This document shows positions 27,291 to 39,889 of a stretch of DNA of 64,000 nucleotides, in pieces. Position numbers and translations under genes: made by a program. Source of the DNA: Eledone cirrhosa (taxonomy: Eukaryota). The notes beneath the pieces are model-generated. The model had not been told where the DNA came from. It did no database searches and saw only the letters and a list, made by a program, of their open reading frames with translations. The stretch spans positions 334,180,001 through 334,244,000 of the forward strand of contig OZ024741.1 in assembly GCA_964016885.1 (NCBI GenBank), read 5' to 3'. Each line of letters opens with the position of its first letter. The stretch's first letter is position 1.

Positions 27291-27598
27291 AATTATATAT
27301 ATATTTATATATATATATATATATATATATTTAAATTATATATATATTTATATATATATATATATATATATTTAAATTATATATATATTTATATATATAT
27401 ATATATATTAAATTATATATATATTTATATATATATATGTATATATATATATGTATATATATATGTATATATGTAGGAGGTGAGTTTTATTGTAGTACAA
27501 TAAAGCAATGCAGATATCGGATAAGAAGCACTCTACAGTTTGTGGGACTGGAGTATGCATAATATAAGATCAAAAGATGGTTAAAGGCGTTCCATATA

Positions 27599-27664
27599 TT
27601 TTATTATGCGCATTTCAAAAACAAACATCATCAAGCAATAATATTTGTGTTTTCATCAGATAAA
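27599..27664 (-). ncRNA. Type I minimal hammerhead ribozyme
   Basis: Mirror of 32580-32646. Confidence 0.82.
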
Positions 27665-28671
27665 TCAGGAGAACATGATATGAAGGCTAAAAAACACTTG
27701 TGGATAGTGCAGTTTTAAATCAACATATGAAAAGTGGTTTTAGATTGATGTGTGATATTGGGAAAAATATTTTATTTAGAGAGGGGGGGGGGAAGGATGA
27801 AAAGGGAAGGAGATGAGAGGGAGAGATGGGCGACAGAGAGAAAGAGATAGTTTCTATAACCGAGAGGAGATATATTTTTTACATAGAGGGGTTGAAAACC
27901 GTTGGAAGATACTGTATAAATTAAAAATTTTGAAAATTAACGAAGGGAGGATATGTGCGAGGAAAAAACATTTCATTTAGGGAGGGGTGGGGGGGGGGGG
28001 GTGAAAAAAAGGGGGAGGAGACGAGAGTGAAGGTGGAGAGGGAGAGATGGGTGATAGAGAGAAAGAGATAGTTTTTATAACTGAGAAAAAGATATATTGT
28101 TTTAATATAGAGAGGTTGGGAACCGTTGGAAGATAATGTATAAATTAAAGGAATTTGAAAATCAACGAAGGGAAATTATGTATGAAGATAGAGAGAAAAA
28201 AATAATAATTGTGGGTGAATATTCTAACGTCAAAAGAAGAAATGTATGTATTGTGGCAATTTCAAAATTAGCGAAGAGAAAAATTGTTACGGTTTGTGTG
28301 TAGAAGGATTTGAGAAAAATAATGTGAAGTTAAAGTTTGTATATTGAATTGATAATATGTGCGAATAAAGAGTTAATATGTATTAATAATGAGTTCGTTG
28401 ATGGGGAGAAAAAAATAATAATAAATTAAGGATGAAATTGAGATTAAAAAGATTTATGATAGAGAGAAAAAATAATAATGATTGCGGATGAATATTCAAA
28501 ATGTCAAAAACAAATGTTATTATTTTACGAGAAGATAGAATGAGGGTAATGAGTAAACGAGTATTATAGAGTGTATAATGCCCTTTAAAGTAAGGTAGAT
28601 GGGTATATTTTAAAGAGGTGTATGTATATGTGCCTTTGAGAAAAGATTCTAAATTGATAAAGAATTGAATA

Positions 28672-30557
28672 TTAACTGTATACTTTGTGAAAAGTTCTAT
28701 GGAATTTATGCAGGCAGATAGAAAACAAATCTGAGCGTCTATTTATTATAGAATCTAGGTTAGAGATAATGGTAAATTTTTCATTTAGGCAGAGATTACA
28801 GATTTTAGATAGAGAGCTGTTCAAGTATGAGGATGCAGAAGAAATCTTCTTCCAAAAGATGGTATATTTAATGTTTTTGTCTTTTAAGGACCATATGAGT
28901 TCTGAGAGAGCAGTGTTAGTTCTTTTAAGTTTGTATTTGAAAGATGAATGATGATTATAGAGACGAGCTTTAAAAGAGGTGGAAGTGGAGCCAAAATAGG
29001 TGAAGGAATTGGTGTTAGTTATAATTTTACATTCATAAATTAAGTTTTTATCGAGGCAATGGTTGTTGAGAGGACATTTATTTTTAATGCGGCAGTTGCA
29101 ATTAGAGAGATTATTAATGAGTGATCTAGTGTTATCTATAGAAGGAATTGGATTGGAGAAGTTGTTTGCGATAGGAATAATAGGAATAATAGTTTCTTGA
29201 TTTAGAGTTGGATTATGAACATTTAGCGAAGTTGTGTTTGACGTTGTATTTGGGTTTACAGAAGTTAGCCTAGGGTTTACAATGACGTCGGGAGTACTAT
29301 TACTGTTATTATGAAATTCAATATTGGAAGGAAGAGATTTAGTATTTAATATTTTGTTGTTGTGTTTAGAGATGATGTTGGAAATATTGGAGGATGTAGA
29401 ATACGAAAATTTGATGGTGTGTTTGTTAAATATTTTACTATAGATATGTGAGGGAGGGAAGCATTTATTTAAGGCACTAAAAAATAATTTAGGAATATTG
29501 TTATTAATAGAGATGGAGAAAGGAGCATTATACCAGATTATGTTTTTGTATCTAGGTCTTTTATTAAAATTATTGGAATGGTCATGATTAATTATTCTAC
29601 TGTAAGTTTTCCTAGAATTTGTTTCTTTATTATATTTGATTTTATCTGGATAGCCGGCTTTAGAAAGTGCGTTATTATAGTAATTGGCGTTAGCATCAAA
29701 GATGTTTTTATTAGAAGATATGTTAGATATGCTATTTCCAATATTATTAACTATAGCATTCTTGATATTGGTAGGATGGTTAGATTTAAAGTTAACATAA
29801 TTAAGGTTCTCATTGTTTTTATGGTAAGGGTAATATAGGCCAGTGTCAAGATTAAGAGATACATCCAAGAAATTAGCTAGTTTGATACTATTATCAAATT
29901 CAATTTTTAGGTTATGTTGGTTAAAGAGATTACGTATATTGTTCTTAATAATATTAAGTTTAACTATATTGCAATTTAGGATAGTAAAGAGTCCATCGTC
30001 ACGATAAATTCCACCGCGAAGTTGAGGAATTTTCCGACTCAAAGAGTTCAAAATGAAGATACCAATTAAATCAGTCAATTGGGATGAATCGGATGCTCCC
30101 ATTGTGATGTCGAAGTTGTTAGAGGTATCGGCTCTGGTCCAATATTCGTTGTTGAACTCTAGGATGGTTTTACGTGCGGTGAGGATGATGTGAAGTTCAT
30201 CTGTGGTGATGTCAGAATATTTAAGTGCGAAAGATAGAGCATTATTGAGAAGTGAATGCGAAATGGAGGAATAGTAGCTGGCAATATCAAATTGAATAAA
30301 TTTTAGTTTGTTTTTATTATCCAATTTGTTGAACCAGCCAATCACTTCAGAAGTACCAAACCATAAATTTAGGTTTAAAGAAGAGCAATTAGAACTAACC
30401 TGTGGGATAATCCTATCCAAGATGGCTTTACTAACAACCCCCAGATCAGATTTAGAGGGGGCGATTAATCTAACAGGTAGTTCAGTGCGAAAATTGTTTT
30501 TGTGATCCTTGAGATTTATCCTCGGAGTTCTTGGGAGGAATGGTTCGGTCTTTTTTT
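28672..30557 (-). CDS. PLE reverse transcriptase-GIY-YIG polyprotein, N-terminally truncated but uninterrupted
   Basis: LKDHK..VRLIAPSKS, FIQFDIASYYSSI, ITMGASDSSQLTDLIG, GIYRDDGL, NFLDVSLNL, SNHP, CNCR..CPL..CL, LIYEC..YFGST, CNLCLNEK. Residues upstream of 30557 in the ORF track come from the inverted copy. Confidence 0.88.
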
Positions 30558-30558
30558 C

Positions 30559-32686
30559 AACGCCAATTACTATAATAACGCACTTTCTAAAGCCGGCTAT
30601 CCAGATAAAATCAAATATAATAAAGAAACAAATTCTAGGAAAACTTACAGTAGAATAATTAATCATGACCATTCCAATAATTTTAATAAAAGACCTAGAT
30701 ACAAAAACATAATCTGGTATAATGCTCCTTTCTCCATCTCTATTAATAACAATATTCCTAAATTATTTTTTAGTGCCTTAAATAAATGCTTCCCTCCCTC
30801 ACATATCTATAGTAAAATATTTAACAAACACACCATCAAATTTTCGTATTCTACATCCTCCAATATTTCCAACATCATCTCTAAACACAACAACAAAATA
30901 TTAAATACTAAATCTCTTCCTTCCAATATTGAATTTCATAATAACAGTAATAGTACTCCCGACGTCATTGTAAACCCTAGGCTAACTTCTGTAAACCCAA
31001 ATACAACGTCAAACACAACTTCGCTAAATGTTCATAATCCAACTCTAAATCAAGAAACTATTATTCCTATTATTCCTATCGCAAACAACTTCTCCAATCC
31101 AATTCCTTCTATAGATAACACTAGATCACTCATTAATAATCTCTCTAATTGCAACTGCCGCATTAAAAATAAATGTCCTCTCAACAACCATTGCCTCGAT
31201 AAAAACTTAATTTATGAATGTAAAATTATAACTAACACCAATTCCTTCACCTATTTTGGCTCCACTTCCACCTCTTTTAAAGCTCGTCTCTATAATCATC
31301 ATTCATCTTTCAAATACAAACTTAAAAGAACTAACACTGCTCTCTCAGAACTCATATGGTCCTTAAAAGACAAAAACATTAAATATACCATCTTTTGGAA
31401 GAAGATTTCTTCTGCATCCTCATACTTGAACAGCTCTCTATCTAAAATCTGTAATCTCTGCCTAAATGAAAAATTTACCATTATCTCTAACCTAGATTCT
31501 ATAATAAATAGACGCTCAGATTTGTTTTCTATCTGCCTGCATAAATTCCATAGAACTTTTCACAAAGTATACAGTTAATTTTCAATTCTTTATCAATTTA
31601 GAATCTTTTCTCAAAGGCACATATACATACACCTCTTTAAAATATACCCATCTACCTTACTTTAAAGGGCATTATACACTCTATAATACTCGTTTACTCA
31701 TTACCCTCATTCTATCTTCTCGTAAAATAATAACATTTGTTTTTGACATTTTGAATATTCATCCGCAATCATTATTATTTTTTCTCTCTATCATAAATCT
31801 TTTTAATCTCAATTTCATCCTTAATTTATTATTATTTTTTTCTCCCCATCAACGAACTCATTATTAATACATATTAACTCTTTATTCGCACATATTATCA
31901 ATTCAATATACAAACTTTAACTTCACATTATTTTTCTCAAATCCTTCTACACACAAACCGTAACAATTTTTCTCTTCGCTAATTTTGAAATTGCCACAAT
32001 ACATACATTTCTTCTTTTGACGTTAGAATATTCACCCACAATTATTATTTTTTTCTCTCTATCTTCATACATGATTTCCCTTCGTTGATTTTCAAATTCC
32101 TTTAATTTATACATTATCTTCCAACGGTTCCCAACCTCTCTATATTAAAACAATATATCTTTTTCTCAGTTATAAAAACTATCTCTTTCTCTCTATCACC
32201 CATCTCTCCCTCTCCACCTTCACTCTCGTCTCCTCCCCCTTTCTTTCATCCTCCCCCCCTCCCTAAATGAAATGTTTTTTCCTCGCACATATCCTCCCTT
32301 CGTTAATTTTCAAAATTTTTAATTTATACAGTATCTTCCAACGGTTTTCAACCCCTCTATGTAAAAAATATATCTCCTCTCGGTTATAGAAACTATCTCT
32401 TTCTCTCTGTCGCCCATCTCTCCCTCTCATCTCCTTCCCTTTTCATCCTTCCCCCCCCCCCCTCTCTAAATAAAATATTTTTCCCAATATCACACATCAA
32501 TCTAAAACCACTTTTCATATGTTGATTTAAAACTGCACTATCCACAAGTGTTTTTTAGCCTTCATATCATGTTCTCCTGTTTTATCTGATGAAAACACAA
32601 ATATTATTGCTTGATGATGTTTGTTTTTGAAATGCGCATAATAAAATATATGGAACTCCTTTAACCATCTTTTGATCTTATATTAT
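30559..32686 (+). mobile_element. Inverted duplicate of the 3' 2.1 kb of the adjacent PLE (GIY-YIG region + 3' UTR)
   Basis: ORF 30502..31578 is identical to the C-terminal part of 28672..30672 from NANYYNN onward; mirror sum 60250. Confidence 0.93.
32580..32646 (+). ncRNA. Type I minimal hammerhead ribozyme
   Basis: UUUUAU-CUGAUGA(32586-92)-AAACACAAAUAUUAUU/GAUGAUGUUUGUUUUU-GAAA-UGCGCA-UA-AUAAAA; palindrome AUGCGCAU. Confidence 0.85.
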
Positions 32687-32689
32687 ATG

Positions 32690-32722
<33 letters not shown>

Positions 32723-32789
32723 GTATATATATGTATATATATATATATATGTATATGTATATATATATATATGTATATATATATGTATA

Positions 32790-32858
<69 letters not shown>

Positions 32859-32945
32859 GTAGATATATATGTATATATGTATATATATGTATGTATATAT
32901 ATATATATGTATATATGTATATATATGTATATATGTATATATATG

Positions 32946-32980
<35 letters not shown>

Positions 32981-33156
32981 GTATATTATAAATTATATAT
33001 ATATATTTATATTATAAATTATATATATATATATATATTTATATTATAAATTATATATATATATATAATATTTAAATTATATATATATATATATATATAT
33101 TTAAATTATATATATATATATATATATATTTAAATTATATATATATATATATATTT

Positions 33157-33236
<80 letters not shown>

Positions 33237-33253
33237 TATAAATTATATATATA

Positions 33254-33795
33254 TTTAAAATACAATATGTTGAAAAGGTAACACACCAAAGAGAGATATA
33301 CAGTACGCTATCAATAAAACACGGAAAAAATCCACCAGTGTATGGAATCTATAACCTATGAAAGGCAGACTATAGACACGATAATTCAAAATATAAATTA
33401 AAGCGTAAATAAATACCTTTATAACTATATAACACACATACAAATCCAAAGATACTAATCCAAAGATATGTTTCACCAGTAATTTGTTGAGAGAAATGGA
33501 TCAACCTCAGTTCATCAGCGTGTGTAAGGCTATACATTTCAGACAACACTAAGAGAATTAATTACGCTTTAATTTATATTATAAAATATCATGTCTATAG
33601 TCTGCCTTTCATAGGTTATAGATTCCATACACGGGTGTTTTGTTTCCCTGTTTTATTGATAACGCACTGTATATCTCTCTCTGGTGTGTTACCTTTTCAA
33701 CATATTGTATTTTAAAGAGCTCAGGATTTCTTCTCCTTTGAGCACATTATTTACAGGGAATAGCGAGGGCCTACGGCTCCGTTAATTTATCATGA
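33254..33795. mobile_element. Short fold-back PLE-terminal remnant (arms ~33254-33410 / ~33558-33716)
   Basis: TTTAAAATACAATATGTTGAAAAGGTAACACACCA...GGTGTGTTACCTTTTCAACATATTGTATTTTAAA; HHR in the spacer; flanked by (TA)n. Confidence 0.65.
33432..33525 (-). ncRNA. Probable type I hammerhead with extended stem III
   Basis: Minus: ACACACG-CUGAUGA-ACUGAGGUUGA..UCAAC..CUGGU-GAAACAUAUC...GAUUUGUA-UGUGUGU. Confidence 0.6.
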
Positions 33796-33881
33796 TATAT
33801 ATATATATATATTTATATTATAAATTATATATATATATATTTATATTATAAATTGTATATATATATATATATATTTATATT

Positions 33882-33918
<37 letters not shown>

Positions 33919-34055
33919 TATAAATTATATATATATATATTATATATTTATTATATATATTTATTATATATATATATATTTATATTATAAATTATATATA
34001 TATATTATATATTTATTATATATATAAATATATATATTTATATTATATATTTATT

Positions 34056-34087
<32 letters not shown>

Positions 34088-34247
34088 TATATATTTATTA
34101 TATTTATATATAAATATATATATATATTATATATTTATTATATTTATATATAAATATATACATTATATATATATATTATATATTTATTATATATATATAT
34201 ATATATATATATAAATATATACATTATATATATATATTTATTATATA

Positions 34248-34510
34248 TCATCATCATCATCACCGTTTTACGTCCGTTCTTCCACGCTAGCATGGGTTAG
34301 ACGGGTTGTGTCTGTTGTGGGCAGTGTCTGGTCGGCTGACCATGCCTTGCTCATACAGGAACTGATTTGGCTTGATTTCTACAGCTGGATGCCCTTCCTA
34401 ACACCAACCTCATTTACAGTGAGTGCTGGGTGCTTTTTCGTGGTGCCTACACGTCCACTTTACAGTGTGGGCTGGGTGCTTTTTTGCCGTGGCACCTCCA
34501 CGACCACCTT
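34248..34510 (-). mobile_element. RTE-related SINE/non-autonomous fragment
   Basis: CTACAGCTGGATGCCCTTCCTAACACCAACC motif, ~45-bp subrepeats, (GAT)n tail; a related copy lies at ~35955-36225. Confidence 0.75.
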
Positions 34511-34711
34511 ATAAATATATACATTATATTTATATGCATTATATTTATATATTTATTATATATATATATATATATAAATTTATACATTATATATATATAT
34601 ATTTATTATATATATATATATATATATAAATATATACATTATATTTATATATTTATTATATATTTATATATATATATATAAATATATACATTATATATAT
34701 TATATATTTAT

Positions 34712-34776
<65 letters not shown>

Positions 34777-35354
34777 TATACTATATATATATATATTTCT
34801 TTTTGCTCCTAATAACCACCATTGTGTGTGATTATCACGACTTGACAATGTTTCTTAATAATAGTGGAAAAAGTATTCTTTGAAAAATGTTGGCACCGGT
34901 ATTTCTCTGTGAGTTAACCATCATATTAGATACTGTCACTCCTTTCTTGTTTAGAACAAATCTAAAAATGACAATTAACATGAAAAACAGAATTATACAT
35001 ATAGATCATTGTGAGCAGGCTGTTTTTAATTTTAATTGTGGCATAAATAGCAATTTGCACATCCACAAAGATAATGTTGATTGAATGTTAGCAACACAAT
35101 AATACTGCCAGATATATAATTAAAAGAGAAAACAAAAAACTCTGCTAAAGGTAGATAGAATATAGATGAAGACAATTTTTTATTTTAAAAGATACGGTAA
35201 GAGCAATAAAAAGACTAAAGAAAAAATGAAATATTTTGAGTATAACACTATAAATTCTTTTTATTCTATTTAACCCTTTTGATACTAAGCTTTCCAAGAT
35301 GTTTCCTGGTTTTATGATGTAAAGTGTATAATCACAAATAAAATATAAATGAAT

Positions 35355-35750
35355 ACTTCTTCGTCTTCTTGAGAGTCATATGGATAGAGTTCTCAAACAC
35401 TTCTTCTATCATGTCCTGACAGAAACAACCTTTTCCAGCTGATCCACCTGGATCTCCAAGTGAGACTAACCAAGTTCATGGATGGTATCCAATTATCTTG
35501 TTTGGAAGGGTCTACCCCTCGGTCTCTCGCTGGCTGGTTTTTCCTGTAAAATCTGTCCAGCAATTCTTTCCTGAGACATTCTGACCATAATATTGGAACT
35601 GTGATCTCTCAATTCGGAGAAGTAGCAGCTCTACCTGGAGTGACTCTGATCTCTGAGCTATGCACTCTATTGAGTAGCATTACTCCAAAGACCCTTTAGA
35701 AGAACTCCATTTCGGCCTCTTGTATTCACGATCATATTCTTTCAGCCATT
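35355..35750 (-). mobile_element. Decayed RTE LINE 3' fragment
   Basis: Minus frames give IQEAEMEFF*RVFGVMLLNRVHSSEIR...ERPRGRP with stops and frameshifts. Confidence 0.6.
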
Positions 35751-35954
35751 TATTACCTGCCCAGTGCACTCTACATGTAATAGGTGAATACAATATTGAA
35801 TTTTAAAAGATATGGTAAGAACAATAAAAATAGTAAAGAACACTGAAATATTGAGAGTATAACACTAAAAATTCCTTACTGCGTATTTTTTGCTGCATAA
35901 ATCATCCAGGAAATGTAAAATAGGTGCATTTTTCAAATTTCATGTTTGTAACTT

Positions 35955-36225
35955 TATCATCATCACTGTTTTACGTCTGTTTTTCCACGTTAGCATGGGT
36001 TAGACTGGTTTTCCTGTTGTGGGCAATGCCAGGTCAGGTGACCATGTCTTGCTCATACGGAACTGATTTTGGCTTGATTTCTACAGCTGGATGCCCTTCC
36101 TCTAACACCAACCTCATTTACAGTGAGTACTGGGTGCTTTTTGACTGTGGCACCTACATGACCACTTTACAGTGTGGACTGGGTGAATTTTGTTGCGACA
36201 CCTACACGACCACATTACAGTATGA
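35955..36225 (-). mobile_element. RTE-related SINE/non-autonomous fragment
   Basis: Homologous to 34248-34510. Confidence 0.7.
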
Positions 36226-37259
36226 GGGTGGGGGGCATACTCTCTATAACTTATTCATGCATTTTCCTTAGAAAAGGTAATAGTCATAGGATTTTGATTT
36301 GAGTTTTAAAATAACAGTTAAAAACCAATGCAGTTTGAATCAGTGTTGTCAGCATGTGTGTTCTGTCATTGAGAGTAACTGAGTCCACAAATTAGTTTGA
36401 AAGAGGAGATAACCTAGTACACAAATATATTTCACTTCAGTTGTTATCTATAATTGGATATTTTAACATTGCCTTTGGCAAGAAACTTAGAAACTACTTC
36501 ATATAGAATATAAGTGGGGAAATTAGTATATACAGAAGAAGATATGATAATAGTGAAATGGACCTATAGACAAGAGAAAATATGGTGGAAACTAAGTAAG
36601 ATATGAAAAGAATAAAGTAAGTCACTGTATACTTCAAATACTGCAAGACATTCTGTCCTACATTTTGCTAACTCTACCACATAGACACATAATTAAACTT
36701 GGAGGTTGTTGTTGGTAGTAAACTGTGACTATAAAGCTTTAACCCAGCTGTGTGTAAACCACCTAGGGGTGATACATCATTAGTTTTCTTTATGGGTGGT
36801 GGAAGAAGCTTATATTAGCTATTGCCTGCAAATGGTCAGAATCAATCCCTCAAAAAAAAAAGAAAAATAAAGGAATCGATCAACAAATTCCCAAACCTCA
36901 TTTGCTTACCAAGTGGGTGGAACTCATCAAATGGACCAAGGAAACAATGTTTCCATTGGTCTTTCCATTGCTGATACTATCTATCAGTGGCAACTCCTAG
37001 CAGAAAAATAACCCTAACCCCTATAGTAAACATCATTTTTAAGGATGTTTCAAATTATGTAAACACAGTTGTTGTCATTACTGATTTATTTCGTTTCTGG
37101 ACAATACATTACTGAATTCTCTATTACCTTAATCACCTTCATTTTACAGGTAAATACTGAACCATTTTGGAATACTGTCACTGATAAACTGATATCAATG
37201 AGCAATTTCATGTCATTTTCCCTACAAGCCATGTGGGCCCCTTTACAGGCTTCCTCGTG

Positions 37260-37620
37260 TTCCCCTATCTTCAACACACCTCCCTCACCAACTTCCTTGC
37301 TCTCATTTCCTCCTCCATCATCTGTAGCCATGTTTTTCTAGGGTTTCTGCTTCCTCTACTTTTAATCCGATATTCAATTCTGTCTCTCTTCTCACCCAAT
37401 CAATTTCATCCTTCATCAACACATGACTCAACCATCTCATTCTGTTTCTTTACACAACATTGATCACTAGCTCTATTCCTTTTCACCCAATCAATTTCAT
37501 CCTTCCTCAACACATGACCCAGTCGTCTCATTTCATTTTTCTTTACAATGGTCATCACTGGCTCTATTCCCATCTTCTTTTGCAATTTATAGTTTGTGAT
37601 AGATTTGTTTTCTCACTGCC
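37260..37620 (-). mobile_element. Decayed RTE LINE 3' fragment with internal tandem duplication
   Basis: Minus: KKMGIEPVMTIVKKNEMRRLGHVLRKDEIDWV, repeated as RMRWLSHVLMKDEIDWVRR...PRKTW. Confidence 0.6.
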
Positions 37621-38243
37621 TCACACCATGCAACTGAAGGTAAGTCAGGTCTGGCAATGGAGCTTTTATATGGTCACTCACCCTGTTAAAATTAGCTGAC
37701 AAATCTCCCTCATATTGTCCTCTACTTTCTGTAGAGTGTAATTGTTATCAAATATTTGCAGCTCAGTATTCAAGTTGTAAAAGTAAAAATATTGATTTTT
37801 CAAAGGATGTTAGCTTAAAGTAAAAAAAAAAACTGCTTCAGTGCTGGTGTTTAGATTAGGAAAAATAGTTGAACACATTGAGCATATAAGGCCCTAGAGA
37901 TGGAAAAAGTGGACATTATTGCTTGGGAAACTCATACCTGATATATGACGGACAGCTGTGCTATCATTACACTAAAGCAAGACTTGTCACTCACATTTTT
38001 AAGTCTTATTTATTAGCCAGTGTAAAAAAAAGGAAAAAAAAAAAAGGAAAAAAAGGATCCAGCAATGAAAAATAGGGAGAGGGGAAGGGACAGGTACTAC
38101 ACATCAGTCAGAGTGGTGCCTCAGCCCATGGAATCCATCAGATTTATGAACTATTGATTAAATTTTGAATATATGTTAGCTTAAAGCAAACTACTTCAAT
38201 GCAGGATTTTTTTACTATGAGAAATAATCAAACAAGTTGGGCA

Positions 38244-38442
38244 TATGAGGATCGTCTGAAAAGTTCATAGGCTCACTATGGAGTGATGCTAGAGCTATGA
38301 AATCTTGCATGCACTAATTTCAACACTTCTTATTAATAACTGCATTATTTCTTCCCGAGGACTATGTTGAAAAATAAACCTCATTTGAGCATTCCATGAG
38401 AGTATCTTGGTCAGGCTATGAACTTTACAGCCAACCTTCATA
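38244..38442. mobile_element. Mariner-derived MITE
   Basis: Imperfect ~30-bp TIRs TATGAGGATCGTCTGAAAAGTTCATAGGCT / AGGCTATGAACTTTACAGCCAACCTTCATA, TA at both ends. Confidence 0.6.
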
Positions 38443-38737
38443 TATGCCTACATTTTCTGTCTTTGGAGACAGTCACATTCATGAAGCATTCGGTGAAAAA
38501 TTATGTCACCTATCTTAAAATATATACAGATTTACATTTCAGATAAACAAATTTAGAGACAAATCCCATGAATTCTCTTCAGCAGATTATGAATCCTTCC
38601 TAGTTGTTTGTAAGTTCTTGTAGTTTAATGTCAGTGTTTATTAATGTTGTATAAAATACTAATGTTATTTCACTAATCTAATTAGTTCTTGTCATAACAT
38701 TAACATTCAGAAGATATGTCATATAAATGAATACCTA

Positions 38738-38895
38738 AATGAATGAATGAATAAATATATGAATGAATGAATGAATATGTGAATGAATAACTATAAGAAT
38801 GAATGAATGAATATATGAATGAATAAATTTATGAATGAACGAATTAATAAATAAATATATGAATGAGTGAATATATGAATGAATGAAAGAATAAA
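38738..38895. repeat. Degenerate (GAAT)n microsatellite
   Basis: Direct reading. Confidence 0.85.
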
Positions 38896-38994
38896 TCAAT
38901 TAGATATACAAATTTTTATAGGATTAAGAAACCATTCTGAAGTAGATCAAACCTTTAAGAATTGTCTCTCAAAAGATTACTACAGTTGACTCAT

Positions 38995-39496
38995 TTAACC
39001 CTTTTGATACTGAACTACCTGAAACTGCCCCAGGTTGAATGATACAAAACTATTGTAAGAACCTCCAAGTTTCAGAAAGCTGGTACAATGTGGTAGAAAT
39101 ATATAAAGGACAAAAGATTACAAATAAAACAAAACAAAAAGTAACGTTTTACCCAGTATATATCAATATATTTCAGGGCTAAAACCCTCTTCTCAAATGT
39201 AAAGCAGAGACGAGGGTATTAACCCTGAAATATCATGATTGAAATATACTGTGTTAAACATTACTTTGTTTTGTTTTATATATTTCTATCACATTGTACC
39301 AGCTTTTTGAAACCCTCACAATGCTATATATTAACTATACTATTGTTAGAATCTTTTATATGTTCCAAACATCAACTTAATAATGAGAAAATTAGTTATA
39401 GTTAGTTAATCTCTTCATTTTTTTAAATTAATTTTATAAAATGATTTGAAAATCATAGGCTGTCTTTCATTAGAAATATAGTTATGAAAGGGTTAA
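38995..39496. mobile_element. Possible piggyBac-type MITE containing a nested ~240-bp hairpin (39075-39313)
   Basis: TTAA-CCCTTTTGATAC ... GTTATGAAAGGG-TTAA; the same left end recurs near 35270. Confidence 0.45.
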
Positions 39497-39889
39497 AAAT
39501 AATCGTTTAATGAATAGAGGTCGATTGACAAGATATCAAAACCTCATTTGCTTACAGAGTAGAGTGGAACTTGTCTAATTGGACCAAGGAAAGAATGTTT
39601 CCAATGATTTTTCCATTGTTGATATTATCTACCAGTTAATGAATGTTATAATATCAAATAAATCCTCATCAACACTACCATCATCAGCACCACCACCATC
39701 ATCACCACCCCTGCCATTGCCATCACTACCACCATCACCACTACCATCATCATCACCACCCCCACAATCATTATCATCATTATGCACCTGCAGTAGCAGA
39801 TGGTCACAATCCTGTTCCATTGATTATATCTTACATAATCAGGTGGTGTCCTGTGGTTAGATGATTAACACCAGCCATCAGTGCAGTTT

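Larger units (their letters stand above)
27474..30557 (-). mobile_element. 5'-truncated Naiad-like Penelope element (RT + GIY-YIG + 3' UTR with HHR)
   Basis: Open frame with RT and EN motifs; HHR near the 3' end; ends in (TA)n. Confidence 0.92.

Noticed and set aside
30502-30672. N-termini of the 666-aa and 358-aa ORFs
   Set aside because: They read across the inversion junction into antisense sequence and are not real starts.
35165-35880. Two AG|ATA(C/T)G|GTAAGA micro-exon-like motifs in a diverged ~95-bp direct duplication
   Set aside because: No supporting reading frame or context; could be chance in a local duplication.
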